A stretch of 64,000 bases of DNA from an uncultured Actinomycetes bacterium (GCA_963709345.1 CAVPVX010000007.1:672001-736000), one strand, 5' to 3'. Positions 1 through 19,888 are shown, counted from the first letter of the stretch. A program made the numbers and translations. The notes: generated from the letters alone by a model not told the origin.

Positions 1-14
1 TTCTGCTTGGCCAT
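1..14 (-). CDS. tuf: Elongation factor Tu, 5' end only (runs off window)
   Basis: ATG GCC AAG CAG AA = MAKQK; AGGAG RBS at 23-27; lies directly after fusA as in the str operon. Confidence 0.8.
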
Positions 15-95
15 GTCTGCTACTCCTTTTCCCGAAACCCGGAGGTTGAGGTCACACAAAAAGCGGTACGGCAGCCTGCCGCACCAAAGGTCGGC

Positions 96-125
96 AGTAT
101 ACACGACGCCGGCATGCTTGGGCAA
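96..125 (-). promoter_or_regulatory. sigma70-type internal promoter for tuf
   Basis: TTGCCC-N18-TATACT on the minus strand in the fusA-tuf gap. Confidence 0.6.
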
Positions 126-150
126 ACACCCCGGGGTTCACACCGGGTCA

Positions 151-2223
<2,073 letters not shown>

Positions 2224-2251
2224 GCCTCTTCCGTGTTCCTTCCATGCGAAA

Positions 2252-2281
2252 GCCCCTCACCGACGAAGGTCAGTGAGGGGC
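2252..2281 (-). terminator. GC-rich hairpin between rpsG and fusA (weak terminator or stabiliser)
   Basis: GCCCCTCACTGAC-CTTC-GTCGGTGAGGGGC followed by TTT on the minus strand. Confidence 0.45.
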
Positions 2282-2290
2282 CTCCGGGGA

Positions 2291-2761
2291 TTACCAGCGG
2301 TAGTGTGCGAACGCCTTGTTTGCCTGTGCCATGCGGAAGATGTCGTCCTTCTTCTTGAAGGCGCCGCCCTGACCGGCCAGCGCATCGAGCATCTCACCGG
2401 CCAGGCGCTCAGCCATGACCTTCTCGCGCCGGTCGCGGGAGAACGTGACCAGCCAGCGGATAGCCAGGGTGCGGGCGCGCCGCCCGGGCACCTCGACCGG
2501 CACCTGGTAGGTCGCGCCGCCGACCCGGCGGCTGCGCACCTCGAGGTGCGGCGTGAGCGCCTGGATGGAATCCTGCAGCACCTCGACGGGGTCGCGCCCC
2601 GTCTTCTCGCGGACGATCTCGAGGGCGCCGTAGACGATCTGCTCGGCGGTGCTCTTCTTGCCGCCGAGCAGGACCTTGTTGATGACCTGCGTGACGAGCT
2701 TGCTGTTGTAGACGGGGTCCGGGAGCACTTCCCGGCGCGTGATGGTACCTCTGCGCGGCAT
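2291..2761 (-). CDS. rpsG: 30S ribosomal protein S7
   Basis: MPRRG...[14 protein letters not shown]...[10 protein letters not shown]. Confidence 0.99.
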   Translation of the reverse strand: MPRRGTITRREVLPDPVYNSKLVTQVINKVLLGGKKSTAEQIVYGALEIVREKTGRDPVEVLQDSIQALTPHLEVRSRRVGGATYQVPVEVPGRRARTLAIRWLVTFSRDRREKVMAERLAGEMLDALAGQGGAFKKKDDIFRMAQANKAFAHYRW

Positions 2762-2769
2762 GGTCTACC

Positions 2770-3141
2770 TCACCCCTTCGCCTTGGACCCGTAACGCGAG
2801 CGGGCCTGCTTGCGGTCGGCAACGCCCGAGGCGTCGAGCGACCCGCGGATGACCTTGTAGCGCACGCCCGGAAGGTCCTTGACCCGGCCGCCACGCACGA
2901 GCACCACGGAGTGCTCCTGCAGATTGTGGCCGATGCCGGGGATGTAGGTGGTGACCTCCATGCCGTTCACGAGCCTGACGCGGGCGACCTTGCGCAGGGC
3001 GGAGTTCGGCTTCTTGGGAGTAACGGTGTACACGCGCGTGCAGACACCGCGCTTCTGGGGCGAACCCTTGAGCGCGGGGGTCTTGGAGCGCTTCGACTTG
3101 CTCTCACGCCCTTTGCGGACGAGCTGGCTGATGGTTGTCAT
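2770..3141 (-). CDS. rpsL: 30S ribosomal protein S12
   Basis: [20 protein letters not shown]. Confidence 0.99.
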   Translation of the reverse strand: MTTISQLVRKGRESKSKRSKTPALKGSPQKRGVCTRVYTVTPKKPNSALRKVARVRLVNGMEVTTYIPGIGHNLQEHSVVLVRGGRVKDLPGVRYKVIRGSLDASGVADRKQARSRYGSKAKG

Positions 3142-3203
3142 CTGACCTCTCTGGTTACTCTGGCCTGCCGCTGAGGACAGCGGCCACGTAGTCTAACGAA
3201 ACG

Positions 3204-3243
3204 AGGCTGCGGCCGCAACATGTGATGCTCGCGACCGCAGCCT
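3204..3243 (-). terminator. Hairpin downstream of rpoC
   Basis: AGGCTGCGG...CCGCAGCCT inverted repeat followed by CGTTTCGTT on the minus strand. Confidence 0.5.
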
Positions 3244-3270
3244 TGCAGTCTCCTGGTGACGGTCCGGCTG

Positions 3271-7518
<4,248 letters not shown>

Positions 7519-7543
7519 TGTCGCTCCCTCTGCCTTGGCGGGG

Positions 7544-11290
<3,747 letters not shown>

Positions 11291-11382
11291 GCGAGTCTCC
11301 TCTGTCTACGCGGTGACCAGGGAAAAAGAGCACACCACACCAGAGGAAGTTCGGTATGGCCGCAGATAGCGCACGACCGAAA

Positions 11383-11411
11383 AAGTTACCACAACGCAAG
11401 ACGCGATGCAA
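11383..11411 (-). promoter_or_regulatory. sigma70-type promoter of rpoBC
   Basis: TTGCAT-N17-TAACTT with an extended TG motif. Confidence 0.55.
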
Positions 11412-11502
11412 GAGCGAGGTTCGCGGCTCGTGTCTGTCACCCCCGAGCCTTCCTGCGGCCGCTCGGCACGAACGACGGATGACGACACCAGGTCGCAAAG
11501 AA

Positions 11503-11538
11503 GGAGGGCCGGGGCGCCTGACGGCGCCCCGGCCCTCC
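11503..11538 (-). terminator. Intrinsic terminator after rplL
   Basis: Perfect 16-bp stem GGAGGGCCGGGGCGCC with a 4-nt loop, followed by TTCTTT on the minus strand. Confidence 0.8.
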
Positions 11539-11563
11539 GGGTCTTCACGCAGGAGAAAACGCT

Positions 11564-11953
11564 CTACTTGATCTCGACGCTCGCGCCGGCGTCCTCGAGC
11601 TGCTTCTTCGCGTCCTCGGCCTCGTCCTTGGTGACGCCCTCTTTGATCGCCTTCGGGGCACCTTCGACGACGTCCTTGGCCTCCTTGAGGCCCAGGCCGG
11701 TCAGAGCACGCACGACCTTGATGACCTGGATCTTCTGGTCGCCGAAGGCGGTGAGCACGACATCGAACTGGGTCTGCTCCTCGACCGGAGCGGCCTCGGC
11801 GCCGGCGGCGGGAGCCGCGGCGACGGCGACGGGCGCGGCGGCGCTGACGCCGAACTCTTCCTCGAGCGCCTTCACCATCTCGCTGAGCTCGAGCACGGTC
11901 ATGCCCTTGATGGCCTCGATGAGCTGGTCCTTGGTAAGTGTCTTGTCTGCCAT
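11564..11953 (-). CDS. rplL: 50S ribosomal protein L7/L12
   Basis: [30 protein letters not shown]. Confidence 0.99.
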   Translation of the reverse strand: MADKTLTKDQLIEAIKGMTVLELSEMVKALEEEFGVSAAAPVAVAAAPAAGAEAAPVEEQTQFDVVLTAFGDQKIQVIKVVRALTGLGLKEAKDVVEGAPKAIKEGVTKDEAEDAKKQLEDAGASVEIK

Positions 11954-12013
11954 TGTCAATTCACCTCACGTGGGGCTTGAAAGCCTTGCTGGACAGGATG
12001 GAGCGGCGAAGGC

Positions 12014-12544
12014 TCAAGCCTCGCCGGCGGCGGCCCTCTGCTCGGCCACCTGATTGAGAGCACGCACGAAGCCGCTGACCGTGCCCTGGAGCACGGTGAC
12101 CAGACCCGTCATCGGCGCGGCCATGGTACCGACCACCTGGGCGATGAGGACATCGCGCGTCGGGAGGCTGGCCAGCATCTTGACGCCGTCCGGGTCGATC
12201 AGGCTCGTGGCGAGCAGTCCGCCGCGCACCTCAAGCTGCGGGTGCTTCTTGGCGAAATCGGCGAGCGCCTTCGCGGCGCCGACCAAGTCGTCGCCACAGA
12301 AGGTGACCGCGGTGGGGCCGCTCAGCAGTTCCTTGATCGTCTCACGACCCGACTTGTCGGCGGCGATGCCACCGAGGGTGTTCTTCACGACCTTGAGGGT
12401 CGCGCCGCTCTCGCGGAGCTTGCCGCGGAGCTCGGCGAGCTCCGCCACCGTGAGCCCGCGGTAGTCGCTGACGAACAGGTTCTCGGTGTCCGTCAGCAGC
12501 TGCGCCACGTCGGCGATCACAGCGTCTTTCTCGTTTCTCAGCAT
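12014..12544 (-). CDS. rplJ: 50S ribosomal protein L10
   Basis: DYRGLTVAEL, VVKNTL; ATG at 12544 with GAGG RBS. Confidence 0.97.
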   Translation of the reverse strand: MLRNEKDAVIADVAQLLTDTENLFVSDYRGLTVAELAELRGKLRESGATLKVVKNTLGGIAADKSGRETIKELLSGPTAVTFCGDDLVGAAKALADFAKKHPQLEVRGGLLATSLIDPDGVKMLASLPTRDVLIAQVVGTMAAPMTGLVTVLQGTVSGFVRALNQVAEQRAAAGEA

Positions 12545-12565
12545 CTCGACCTCACAGTCGCAAGC

Positions 12566-12700
12566 AAAAAACCCGCTCCCCGAAGCGGGAAGCGGGCGCG
12601 GGCGCGAACACCGGCTCGTCTCGCCTCGGGTGGCGGACCCGTGTGGATCCATTCTGCTCCCGGAGGAGCACCGACCTTCATCGGCCGCGGCGCGCGAAGC
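12566..12700 (-). promoter_or_regulatory. L10 leader with attenuator hairpin
   Basis: Structured 5' UTR of rplJ (GAAGGTCGGT...CCGAGG) ending in CCCGCTTCCCGCTTCGGGGAGCGGG-TTTTTT. Confidence 0.7.
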
Positions 12701-12713
12701 ACCGCGAAGCGGC

Positions 12714-12742
12714 AGTATAGAGCAGCAAAGGGGCGCCGGCAA
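12714..12742 (-). promoter_or_regulatory. sigma70-type promoter of rplJL
   Basis: TTGCCG-N17-TATACT. Confidence 0.65.
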
Positions 12743-12773
12743 CTGCCGCCGTCGCCGGCGCCCCCGAGTGGCC

Positions 12774-13481
12774 TCAGCTCTCCATGAGGTCGCGCACGCG
12801 CGCCGGGTCCAGCTCGATACCGGGACTCATCGTCGCGGCGATGCTGACGCTCTTGATGTACTTGCCCTTGGCGGAGGCCGGCTTGGCGCGGACGATCTCG
12901 TCCAGAACGGCGCCGTAGTTCTCGACCAGCATCTCCTCGGTGAAGGACTTCTTGCCGATACTCAGATGGATGATGCCGGAGCGGTCGGTCCGGTACTCGA
13001 CCTTGCCGCCCTTGGCGTCGGCGACCGCCTTGCCGACGTCGAAGGTGACCGTGCCGGACTTGGGATTCGGCATGAGGCCGCGCGGGCCGAGGATGCGGCC
13101 GAGCTTGCCGACCGTGCCCATCATGTCGGGCGCGGCGATGGCGATGTCGAAGTCGAAGACGCCCGCCTGGATCTGCTTGGCGAGGTCGTCGCTGCCGACG
13201 ATGTCGGCCCCGGCCTCCTGCGCCTCGCGCGCCTTGTCGCCCTCGGCGAAGACGGCGACGCGCATCTCCTTGCCGGTGCCGTGCGGGAGCACGGTCGTGC
13301 CGCGCACGATCTGGTCGGCGTGGCGCACGTCGACGCCGAGACGGAAGTGGACCTCGACGGTCTCGTCGAACTTGGCGCCCTCGAGCGTCTTGAGCAGGCG
13401 CACACCCTCGAGCGGCGAGTATAGACGGCCGGGCTCGATGGTACGCTGGGAAGCGGTGTATTTGCGGCCATGCTTGGCCAT
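12774..13481 (-). CDS. rplA: 50S ribosomal protein L1
   Basis: [22 protein letters not shown]; ATG at 13481 with AGGAGG RBS. Confidence 0.99.
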   Translation of the reverse strand: MAKHGRKYTASQRTIEPGRLYSPLEGVRLLKTLEGAKFDETVEVHFRLGVDVRHADQIVRGTTVLPHGTGKEMRVAVFAEGDKAREAQEAGADIVGSDDLAKQIQAGVFDFDIAIAAPDMMGTVGKLGRILGPRGLMPNPKSGTVTFDVGKAVADAKGGKVEYRTDRSGIIHLSIGKKSFTEEMLVENYGAVLDEIVRAKPASAKGKYIKSVSIAATMSPGIELDPARVRDLMES

Positions 13482-13495
13482 TCGCGCTACCTCCT

Positions 13496-13527
13496 GTGGT
13501 ACAAGCGGCGACCTGGTCGCCTCCCAC
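13496..13527 (-). promoter_or_regulatory. L1 autoregulatory mRNA site upstream of rplA
   Basis: GTGGGAGGCGACCAGGTCGCCGCTTGTACCAC, matching the GUGGGAG...CCGC...ACCAC L1-binding pattern next to the RBS. Confidence 0.6.
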
Positions 13528-13623
13528 GTCGGCGGCCGGGCGGCGGAGCCTCCCCGGCCTTCAGGCTGACGGACTACCGGCACGCCGCCCGCGGCGGTCG
13601 CGACGATAGGTGGACTGCTTCTC

Positions 13624-14049
13624 TTAGCCTTCGACCTCGATGCCCATGTTGCGGGCGGTGCCCTCGATGATCTTCATCGCAGCGTCGATGTCGTTGGCGT
13701 TGAGGTCGGGCATCTTGGTCTCGGCGATGGTGCGCACCTGCTCGCGCGTCACGGTGCCGACCTTGATCCGGTTGGGCTCGCCCGAGCCCTTGTCGATGCC
13801 GAGGGCCTCGCGCAGCAGCACGGCGGCCGGCGGCGTCTTGGTGATGAAGGTGAACGTGCGGTCTTCGAACACGGTGATCTCGACCGGCACGATGGTGCTG
13901 CCCGACGCCTGCGTCTGGGCGTTGAACGACTTGCAGAACTCCATGATGTTGACGCCGTGCTGGCCGAGCGCCGGGCCTACGGGCGGCGCGGGGCTGGCGG
14001 CGCCGGCGGGGATCTGCAACTTGATCTTGGTGAGGACCTTCTTGGCCAC
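13624..14049 (-). CDS. rplK: 50S ribosomal protein L11
   Basis: [21 protein letters not shown]. Confidence 0.99.
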   Translation of the reverse strand: MAKKVLTKIKLQIPAGAASPAPPVGPALGQHGVNIMEFCKSFNAQTQASGSTIVPVEITVFEDRTFTFITKTPPAAVLLREALGIDKGSGEPNRIKVGTVTREQVRTIAETKMPDLNANDIDAAMKIIEGTARNMGIEVEG

Positions 14050-14072
14050 TGCTTGCCTCGCTTACTTCCTGG

Positions 14073-14597
14073 TTAGGACGTCTTCTTGACCTGGTCGAAG
14101 GCGAGCTCGACCGGGGTCTCCCGGCCGAAGATCGACACCATGACCTTGAGCCGGCTCTGGTCGAGGTTGACCTCGACGACTTCGCCGGAGAAATCGCTGA
14201 GCGGGCCGGAGGTGACGCGCACGTCTTCGCCGACGCTGAACTCGGCTTTCTGCTTGGGGCGCTCGACCGAAGCCGTGTGCATGATGCGGTCGACCTCGGC
14301 GCGCGAGAGCGCGACGGGCTTGTTCTGGGCGCCGACGAAGCCGGTGACGCCCGGTGTGTTCTTGACCAGCGACCACGTGTCGTCGGTGAGCTCCATCTGC
14401 ACGAGCACGTAGCCGGGGAACACGCGGCGTTCGCTCGTGACCTTCTCGCCGTCTTTGGTCTCGACGATCTGCTCGGTGGGCACGACGATCTGGTGGATGC
14501 GCTCCTCCTGGTTCATCGATTGACGACGATGTTCCAGGTTGGCCTTGACCTTGTTCTCGTGACCCGAATAGGTGTTGACGACGTACCAGCTGTACAC
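14073..14597 (-). CDS. nusG: Transcription termination/antitermination factor NusG
   Basis: WYVVNTYSGHENKV, FPGYVLV, KOW motif, IFGRETPVEL. Confidence 0.98.
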   Translation of the reverse strand: MYSWYVVNTYSGHENKVKANLEHRRQSMNQEERIHQIVVPTEQIVETKDGEKVTSERRVFPGYVLVQMELTDDTWSLVKNTPGVTGFVGAQNKPVALSRAEVDRIMHTASVERPKQKAEFSVGEDVRVTSGPLSDFSGEVVEVNLDQSRLKVMVSIFGRETPVELAFDQVKKTS

Positions 14598-14610
14598 GTG
14601 TGGGCCCCGA

Positions 14611-14985
14611 TCAGGTAAGAACGTTGACGACCGTGTTGACGATTCTGGAGAAGACGAAGTCGAGCACGCCCGTATAGGCGGTGGCGATGGCGACGGCGAC
14701 GAGCACGACGACGGTGGACTGCAGGAGGTCCTTGCGCGTGGGCCAGGTGACCTTGCCCAGCTCGATGCGGACGTCGCGCAGGAACTTCATGAGACCCTTC
14801 TTCTCGGCGGGCCGTGACGACCGCGCCGGGGCCTTCTGCTTCTGCTGCGACTGCTTCTGCTGCGACTTGCCGCGCGCGGGCTTGGCGTCGGCGCGCTTGG
14901 CCACGGACTTCTTGCCCTGGGCCTGCTTGCCGGTGGGCTTGCCCTTGCCGGATCCACTCTTGCTGTTGCCTGCAGACTTCGCCAC
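14611..14985 (-). CDS. secE: Preprotein translocase subunit SecE with a Lys/Gln-rich N-terminal extension
   Basis: ELGKVTWPTRKDL plus one TM helix; located between tRNA-Trp and nusG. Confidence 0.93.
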   Translation of the reverse strand: MAKSAGNSKSGSGKGKPTGKQAQGKKSVAKRADAKPARGKSQQKQSQQKQKAPARSSRPAEKKGLMKFLRDVRIELGKVTWPTRKDLLQSTVVVLVAVAIATAYTGVLDFVFSRIVNTVVNVLT

Positions 14986-15005
14986 TCAACCGCTCCGATG
15001 GTCAT

Positions 15006-15081
15006 TGGCAGGGCTGGAGGGGCTCGAACCCCCGACCCCCGGTTTTGGAGACCGGTGCTCTACCAATTGAGCTACAGCCCT
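15006..15081 (-). tRNA. tRNA-Trp (CCA)
   Basis: AGGGCTGTAGCTCAATTGGTAGAGCACCGGTCTCCAAAACCGG...GTTCGAGCCCC...GCCCTGCCA; cloverleaf, CCA anticodon, encoded CCA end. Confidence 0.97.
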
Positions 15082-15102
15082 AAAGAGGCGCACGGTAGAC
15101 GC

Positions 15103-15252
15103 TTAGCGCGTCTCCTTGTGCGCAGTGTGCGTCCCGCACCAGCGACAGTACTTCTTGAGCTCGATGCGGTCCGGGTCGTTCTTCTTGTTCTTGTTCGTAT
15201 GGTAGTTGCGACGCTTGCATTCCTGGCAAGCGAGCGTGACGAGTTGACGCAC
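15103..15252 (-). CDS. rpmG: 50S ribosomal protein L33 (Zn-ribbon form), missing from the ORF track
   Basis: Manual translation [49 protein letters not shown]; GTG start, GAAAGGA RBS. Confidence 0.97.
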   Translation of the reverse strand: MRQLVTLACQECKRRNYHTNKNKKNDPDRIELKKYCRWCGTHTAHKETR

Positions 15253-15281
15253 GTCGTCATCCTTTCAAGCTGGAGCACGTA

Positions 15282-15311
15282 AGGATACCAAGCACCACGC
15301 GGGAGGGTCAA
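15282..15311 (-). promoter_or_regulatory. sigma70 promoter P1 of the rpmG-trnW-secE-nusG operon
   Basis: TTGACC-N18-TATCCT with an extended TG. Confidence 0.6.
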
Positions 15312-15368
15312 CGCGCCTCCCGGCGGCCCCTGAGCGCGGGCGTCAGCCCGAGCCGTCCACGGCGGCGC

Positions 15369-15397
15369 AGTATAGCAGGCCGGGAGGTACCGGGCAA
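15369..15397 (-). promoter_or_regulatory. sigma70 promoter P2 upstream of rpmG
   Basis: TTGCCC-N17-TATACT. Confidence 0.55.
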
Positions 15398-15570
15398 AAC
15401 CGCGCTGTTCCGGCAACGCTCCGTGGCTTCGCCGGCCGGGTCCCGGGGCAAGGCGAACCGGGGAGGATCACTTCTCCGCCGTCGCTCGGGTATGCTGTGC
15501 GACCGGCAGCCGGCTGGCGATCGCCGCCGCAGCGGCCGATACTCTGCGCAGACAGGCGAGAGGAGCGAGC

Positions 15571-16536
15571 ATCGACGAGCGGTGGCCGGCCGGCGACGCG
15601 GCGCCGGACGAGAGAGCGCCCCAGGAGCGCGGCGGGACCGGCGTGCCGGTCGCCGGCAGACGCGTGCCGCCGCCGGTCGTGCCGGGGCTCGGCGGTGCGG
15701 AGACGGCGCCGGCGGAGCGTGCCTGGACGGCCGCAGCAGTGCCGCCCGCGCCCCGGCCCGGGGAGCGGCCGGCAGTGGAGTCGCCCGGCGCGCTGCCGGC
15801 GGCGCCGCCGCTCGGAGCTCCGAGCGGCGACCGGCCGCGGGCGGCCGACCCGTTCCACGAGCCGGCGGCCGACTGGCGCTGGGGCCGAGCCCTCGCCGGT
15901 CTGGCCGTGGCTACGGCGCCGGAGGCGCTCCTGTACACGGCCGCACTGCTCGCCGGCGCCTCGACGCAGGCAAGCGACGAGGTGACCGCCGGCAGCGCCG
16001 CCGCCCTGGCCGTCGGCTCGCTCATCCTGTACGGCTGGCAGACGCTGGCGGCGTGGCTCTTCTCGCTGCGCACCGCCGGGCGCCGGTTCGCCCTGTGGGG
16101 CTTCCGGCGCCCGACGCTCGCCTTCTTCTGGACCATCCCCCTCGCGCTCGCCGTCGTCTATGCCGTCAGCATCGTGCACGAGCTCATCGTGCAGCCGGAG
16201 CAGCAGGACATCATCAGCGAGTTCCCGCGGAGCACGCTGGGAGTCGGCCTGTTCATCCTGGTCGCGGTCGTCATGGCGCCGCTCTTCGAGGAGATCGTCT
16301 TTCGCGGCTTTCTCTTCCGTGGCTTCGCCAACTCGTGGGGATGGAAGTGGGGGGCGCTCGCGTCGGGCGCGGTGTTCGCGCTCGCGCATCTGCAGCTCGA
16401 TATCTTCGTGCCGCTGGCCGTCCTCGGCGTGGCGCTGGCCTGGGTGTACCGGCGCACCGGCTCGCTGTGGACCTGCATCGTCATGCACGCCCTGTTCAAC
16501 AGCATCGCCGTGGCCGCCTGGGCCTTCACGGGCTGA
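15571..16536 (+). CDS. CPBP family intramembrane glutamic protease (CAAX protease-like)
   Basis: APLFEEIVFRG, FALAH, HALFN motifs; start is either ATC 15571 (AGGAG RBS) or GTG 15643. Confidence 0.9.
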   Translation: MDERWPAGDAAPDERAPQERGGTGVPVAGRRVPPPVVPGLGGAETAPAERAWTAAAVPPAPRPGERPAVESPGALPAAPPLGAPSGDRPRAADPFHEPAADWRWGRALAGLAVATAPEALLYTAALLAGASTQASDEVTAGSAAALAVGSLILYGWQTLAAWLFSLRTAGRRFALWGFRRPTLAFFWTIPLALAVVYAVSIVHELIVQPEQQDIISEFPRSTLGVGLFILVAVVMAPLFEEIVFRGFLFRGFANSWGWKWGALASGAVFALAHLQLDIFVPLAVLGVALAWVYRRTGSLWTCIVMHALFNSIAVAAWAFTG

Positions 16537-16601
16537 CGCCGCGACGGGACGACGCGACACGCAACGGCTCGGCGCGCCGGTCCGCGGTGGAGCGGCGGCC
16601 G

Positions 16602-17429
16602 TCAGCCCAGCAGCGTCGGCTTGCGCAGCTCGCGGCAGGAGCAGGCGTCGTCCGCCGGCAGCGCCGCCAGCGCCTCGAGCAGGATGCGACCCATCAGGCC
16701 GGCGTCTTCGTGGAAGATCTGCGCGAGCACGTCGTGCTCCCACTCCCGAACGACCCCTTCGCCGTAGTTGACGATGAGGTAGATGCCCGCGTAGCAGGCG
16801 CCGATGTCGCGAGCCAGCCAAACCTCGGGGCAGAAGCTCTGGCCGACCACGTCGCCGAGCGTCTGCAGAAAGCGGATCTCGGCCGGAGACTCGAAGCGCG
16901 GACCCTCCGTGACCACGTAGGTGCCGCGCGTGAACAGACGGCGCTCCGGGGCCAGGCGACGCGCCGCGCCGACCAGCGCCTCTCGTCCCGCGGCGCACAC
17001 CGCGTCGCGCATGATCAGCAGGTGGTCACCCGCGACGACCCCGTACCGGTCGCGGTCGGTGGTCATGTCGACGAAGTCGTCGACGACCACGAGGTCGCCG
17101 GGATCAAGCAGGTGGTCGAGACTGCCGACGCCGGCGTCCGAGAGGATGCGCCTGACGCCGGCGCGGTGCAGGACGCTGAAGACCTGGCGCGAGGCGCGCC
17201 CCCGCGAGACGCCTTTGCGCCAACCGTGCATGCGCACGTGCAACGCGCGCTGCCCGCCGAGCTCGAAGAGGGCGAACGGCGGGCTGTCCCCCCATGGCGT
17301 GTCGAAGACGAGGTCGCGCTCGAGCACCCGGGCGCCGGCGCGCCCGGGCGTGAGGATGTCGGCGGCGAAGGTTCCGGAGCCGCCGATCAGAGCACGGGTT
17401 GCGGCCGGGACGGCGCCGGGCGCGCTCAC
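16602..17429 (-). CDS. MTAP-family purine nucleoside phosphorylase
   Basis: IGGSG, DTPWG, EGPRFESPAE, PEVWLARDIGACYA. Confidence 0.88.
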   Translation of the reverse strand: MSAPGAVPAATRALIGGSGTFAADILTPGRAGARVLERDLVFDTPWGDSPPFALFELGGQRALHVRMHGWRKGVSRGRASRQVFSVLHRAGVRRILSDAGVGSLDHLLDPGDLVVVDDFVDMTTDRDRYGVVAGDHLLIMRDAVCAAGREALVGAARRLAPERRLFTRGTYVVTEGPRFESPAEIRFLQTLGDVVGQSFCPEVWLARDIGACYAGIYLIVNYGEGVVREWEHDVLAQIFHEDAGLMGRILLEALAALPADDACSCRELRKPTLLG

Positions 17430-18208
17430 AGGCCCGCCAGTTCGGGTGTGACACGCAGCAGAACGAACTGCACGTGATCACCGTTGTCCGAGGTGTACTG
17501 GCTGAGCGCCTGATCGAGCCCCGCCGGGAAGCCGCGGACCGCCCCGAGCACAGTCGTCCCGCGCTTCACGATCTGCCCGATCTCGACCTTGGGCTTCTGG
17601 ATGTGGGTGATCACGAGGAGCAGCGACGGGTCGCTCGCGAGACGGATGTCGATCTGCGTGTCGGCGTAGCGCCCCAGGATGCTGTACTCCTTGATCGCCG
17701 TGACCTTGCCGTCGACGGGAGATGCCACCGGTGAGCCGGGAACGGCGCCGACATCGAGTCCCGCGGTCGAGGAGGACGCGTCGTCGTCGCCGTCCATGAG
17801 GAAGTACTGCATCCCGCCGCCGGCGGCGAAGATGTCGGCGAGACGCTGCCGCAGGCCGCCGCCGCCCATCCGCTCCCCGACCGGGGAGAACGCCACCGTG
17901 TCGGGAGTGTCGACGGGGTGGAAGGCGACGGCCGTGGTCACTTCGCGCGCGACCGGGAGCAGGATGTCGATGCTGTCGACCCGCGCGACTACGACGGCCT
18001 CGTCGGGGTCGGCACTGCGACCGAACGTCGGTACGGCGGCGCCGGCGGGCACGCGGGCCGGCGTCTGGCCGGGAATGGCGTACGCGACCCATATCGCAAG
18101 CAAGATGAGGGTCACGAGAACGACCAGCGCGACCACACGCCGGCGGCGAATCTGGTTGCGCCGGCGAACGTGGTGCCGCCGACGCTGATTGGCCGGGCTT
18201 GTGTGCAT
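17426..18208 (-). CDS. Membrane-anchored M23-like (barrel-sandwich) domain protein
   Basis: Arg-rich N-terminus plus TM; GLDVGAVPGSPVASPVDGKV; metal ligands look incomplete. Confidence 0.6.
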   Translation of the reverse strand: MHTSPANQRRRHHVRRRNQIRRRRVVALVVLVTLILLAIWVAYAIPGQTPARVPAGAAVPTFGRSADPDEAVVVARVDSIDILLPVAREVTTAVAFHPVDTPDTVAFSPVGERMGGGGLRQRLADIFAAGGGMQYFLMDGDDDASSSTAGLDVGAVPGSPVASPVDGKVTAIKEYSILGRYADTQIDIRLASDPSLLLVITHIQKPKVEIGQIVKRGTTVLGAVRGFPAGLDQALSQYTSDNGDHVQFVLLRVTPELAGL

Positions 18209-18330
18209 ATCGGGCTTCAAGCTACAACGGCGGCCCGCCGGCCGCAAGCCGTCGTGGCCGCGCCGCTGCGCTCAGCCTCGCGATAGCCTCCGGTTCTGGT
18301 CAAGCCGCGACATGCCGATGCGATAGTCGT

Positions 18331-19160
18331 ATGGCGACCATCGCTCCCCTCATCCTCGGCCCTGGTCAGACTCAGCTAGGCGGAGGCCGGTCGGACGCCG
18401 ACCTCGTCGCCGGTCTGAGATCCGGACGCAGTCGCCGCCGCGGCCGGCGGCACCCTGGCCACAGCAGAGCGCCGGCGCGTCGTCGCCCGAGCGGCCCACT
18501 GCCCAGTCTGCCGCAAGACCGTCGAGACCTGGAGCCTGGGCGCGATGGGGCCGAGCATCGCCCTTGGGTCGGCGCCTCTGCCTGCGGCGCTCCAGGGGCG
18601 CTTCCCGCTCGGCCTCACCGAGCCGGGGCGGCGGTGGCGCCGCAGGAGTGGGCGCCGCAGGAGTGGGCGTCTCAGGTGCGGGCGCGGGAGGCGCCGCCGG
18701 AGCAACGCAGGGTCTCACACTCATGGCCGGCGGTCTCATCGCCAATGCCGGCGGTCTCGCCGCCGCCAAGATCGCGACCGTCGCCTACGAGGGGGCCCGC
18801 GCGGCGCAGGGGCACGGACGGCCAGATCCGTCCGCGCCGGCGACGGTGGCCGCGGACGGCGGACCTCAGGGCGACTCCCCGGAAGTCGCGCACGGCCGCC
18901 CGGCGGCGACGCCTCACGGCAATGGGCCCGGCGGCGACTGGGACAGAGGCAACGGGAACGCCGACGAGTGCGAATCGGCTTCATCCAAGGGTGAACCGGA
19001 GAAGCCGGACAAGGCGGGCCGACGTCGCGGCGGCCGGCGCGGCCGGCCTGCCGGGCACGCCGACACGCCAAGTCGGGTCTCGGAGCTCCGCACGCCGATT
19101 CACGGTCCACCTGCCCGCGGCGTACCGCGCACCGAATCGGCAGCGCGGCTGCACGCGTAG
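18331..19160 (+). pseudogene. Collapsed ECF sigma factor / zf-HC2 fusion remnant
   Basis: SDADLVAGLRSG (ECF N-terminus) joined out of frame to GTLATAERRRVVARAAHCPVCR (anti-sigma Zn finger), then a Gly/Ala-rich TM-like tail in a third frame. Confidence 0.5.
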
Positions 19161-19253
19161 CCCCTCCTCGACTCGCCCACCTCAGGCTCGACCCCGCCCG
19201 GAGACCGCCCCGGCCGTTGTCCGAATTGGCTAAGGAAGAGGGCCCGTGGGGCC

Positions 19254-19280
19254 TCAACCGATCCCCTGTCACGCCGATAC
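19254..19280 (+). promoter_or_regulatory. sigma28-like promoter upstream of the CAP gene
   Basis: TCAAC-N14-GCCGATAC. Confidence 0.5.
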
Positions 19281-19354
19281 CAGCAAGTGTCAGGGACCGA
19301 CCCACAGGCGGTCCGACGTGCGTGAGAGCGCGACGCTGGGCTCGGAGGTGAGCC

Positions 19355-19888
19355 ATGAAGACTCGGTGCGGCATGGTAGCCATGATCGCGGCGCTGGCCG
19401 TGATGCTTCTCATGACCGTCCCGGCAGCCGCACCCGCCGCGGTCACGCTGAACTCCTACGAGCGACAGGTCGTGAAGCTCGTCAACAAGGAGAGGGCCAA
19501 GCGCGGTCTCTGCGCGCTGCGCGTCAACGCCAGTCTCGTCCGGTCCGCCCGTAGCCACTCAGCCGAGATGGGTACCGAGAAGTACTTCGACCATTCGTCG
19601 CTGAGCGGCGAGACCTGCTTCAAGCGCATGATCCGCCACGGCTACAAGCGCTCCGGCTACCGCTACTGGAAGGCCGGCGAGAACATCTACTACGGCGCCG
19701 GCATCTATTCGAGTCCCTGCGTCGTCGTGAGCGGGTGGATGAAGTCGCAGTCGCACCGTGCCGTCATCCTCACCAAGGCATTCCGCAACATCGGCGTCGG
19801 GGCGGTCGAGACCAAGGATGGATTCCGCGCCTGCGGCGGCTCCGTATGGTTCTTCACACTCGACGTCGGGCGTCGCATCGCCAAGTGA
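19355..19888 (+). CDS. Secreted CAP (SCP-like) domain protein
   Basis: Signal peptide; LVNKERAKRGL, ARSHSAEM, GENI, WMKSQSHRAVIL; GGAGG RBS. Confidence 0.92.
   Translation: MKTRCGMVAMIAALAVMLLMTVPAAAPAAVTLNSYERQVVKLVNKERAKRGLCALRVNASLVRSARSHSAEMGTEKYFDHSSLSGETCFKRMIRHGYKRSGYRYWKAGENIYYGAGIYSSPCVVVSGWMKSQSHRAVILTKAFRNIGVGAVETKDGFRACGGSVWFFTLDVGRRIAK

Noticed and set aside
15006-15081. tRNA-Trp as an integration site for a mobile element
   Set aside because: No duplicated tRNA 3' end, integrase or transposase anywhere in the window
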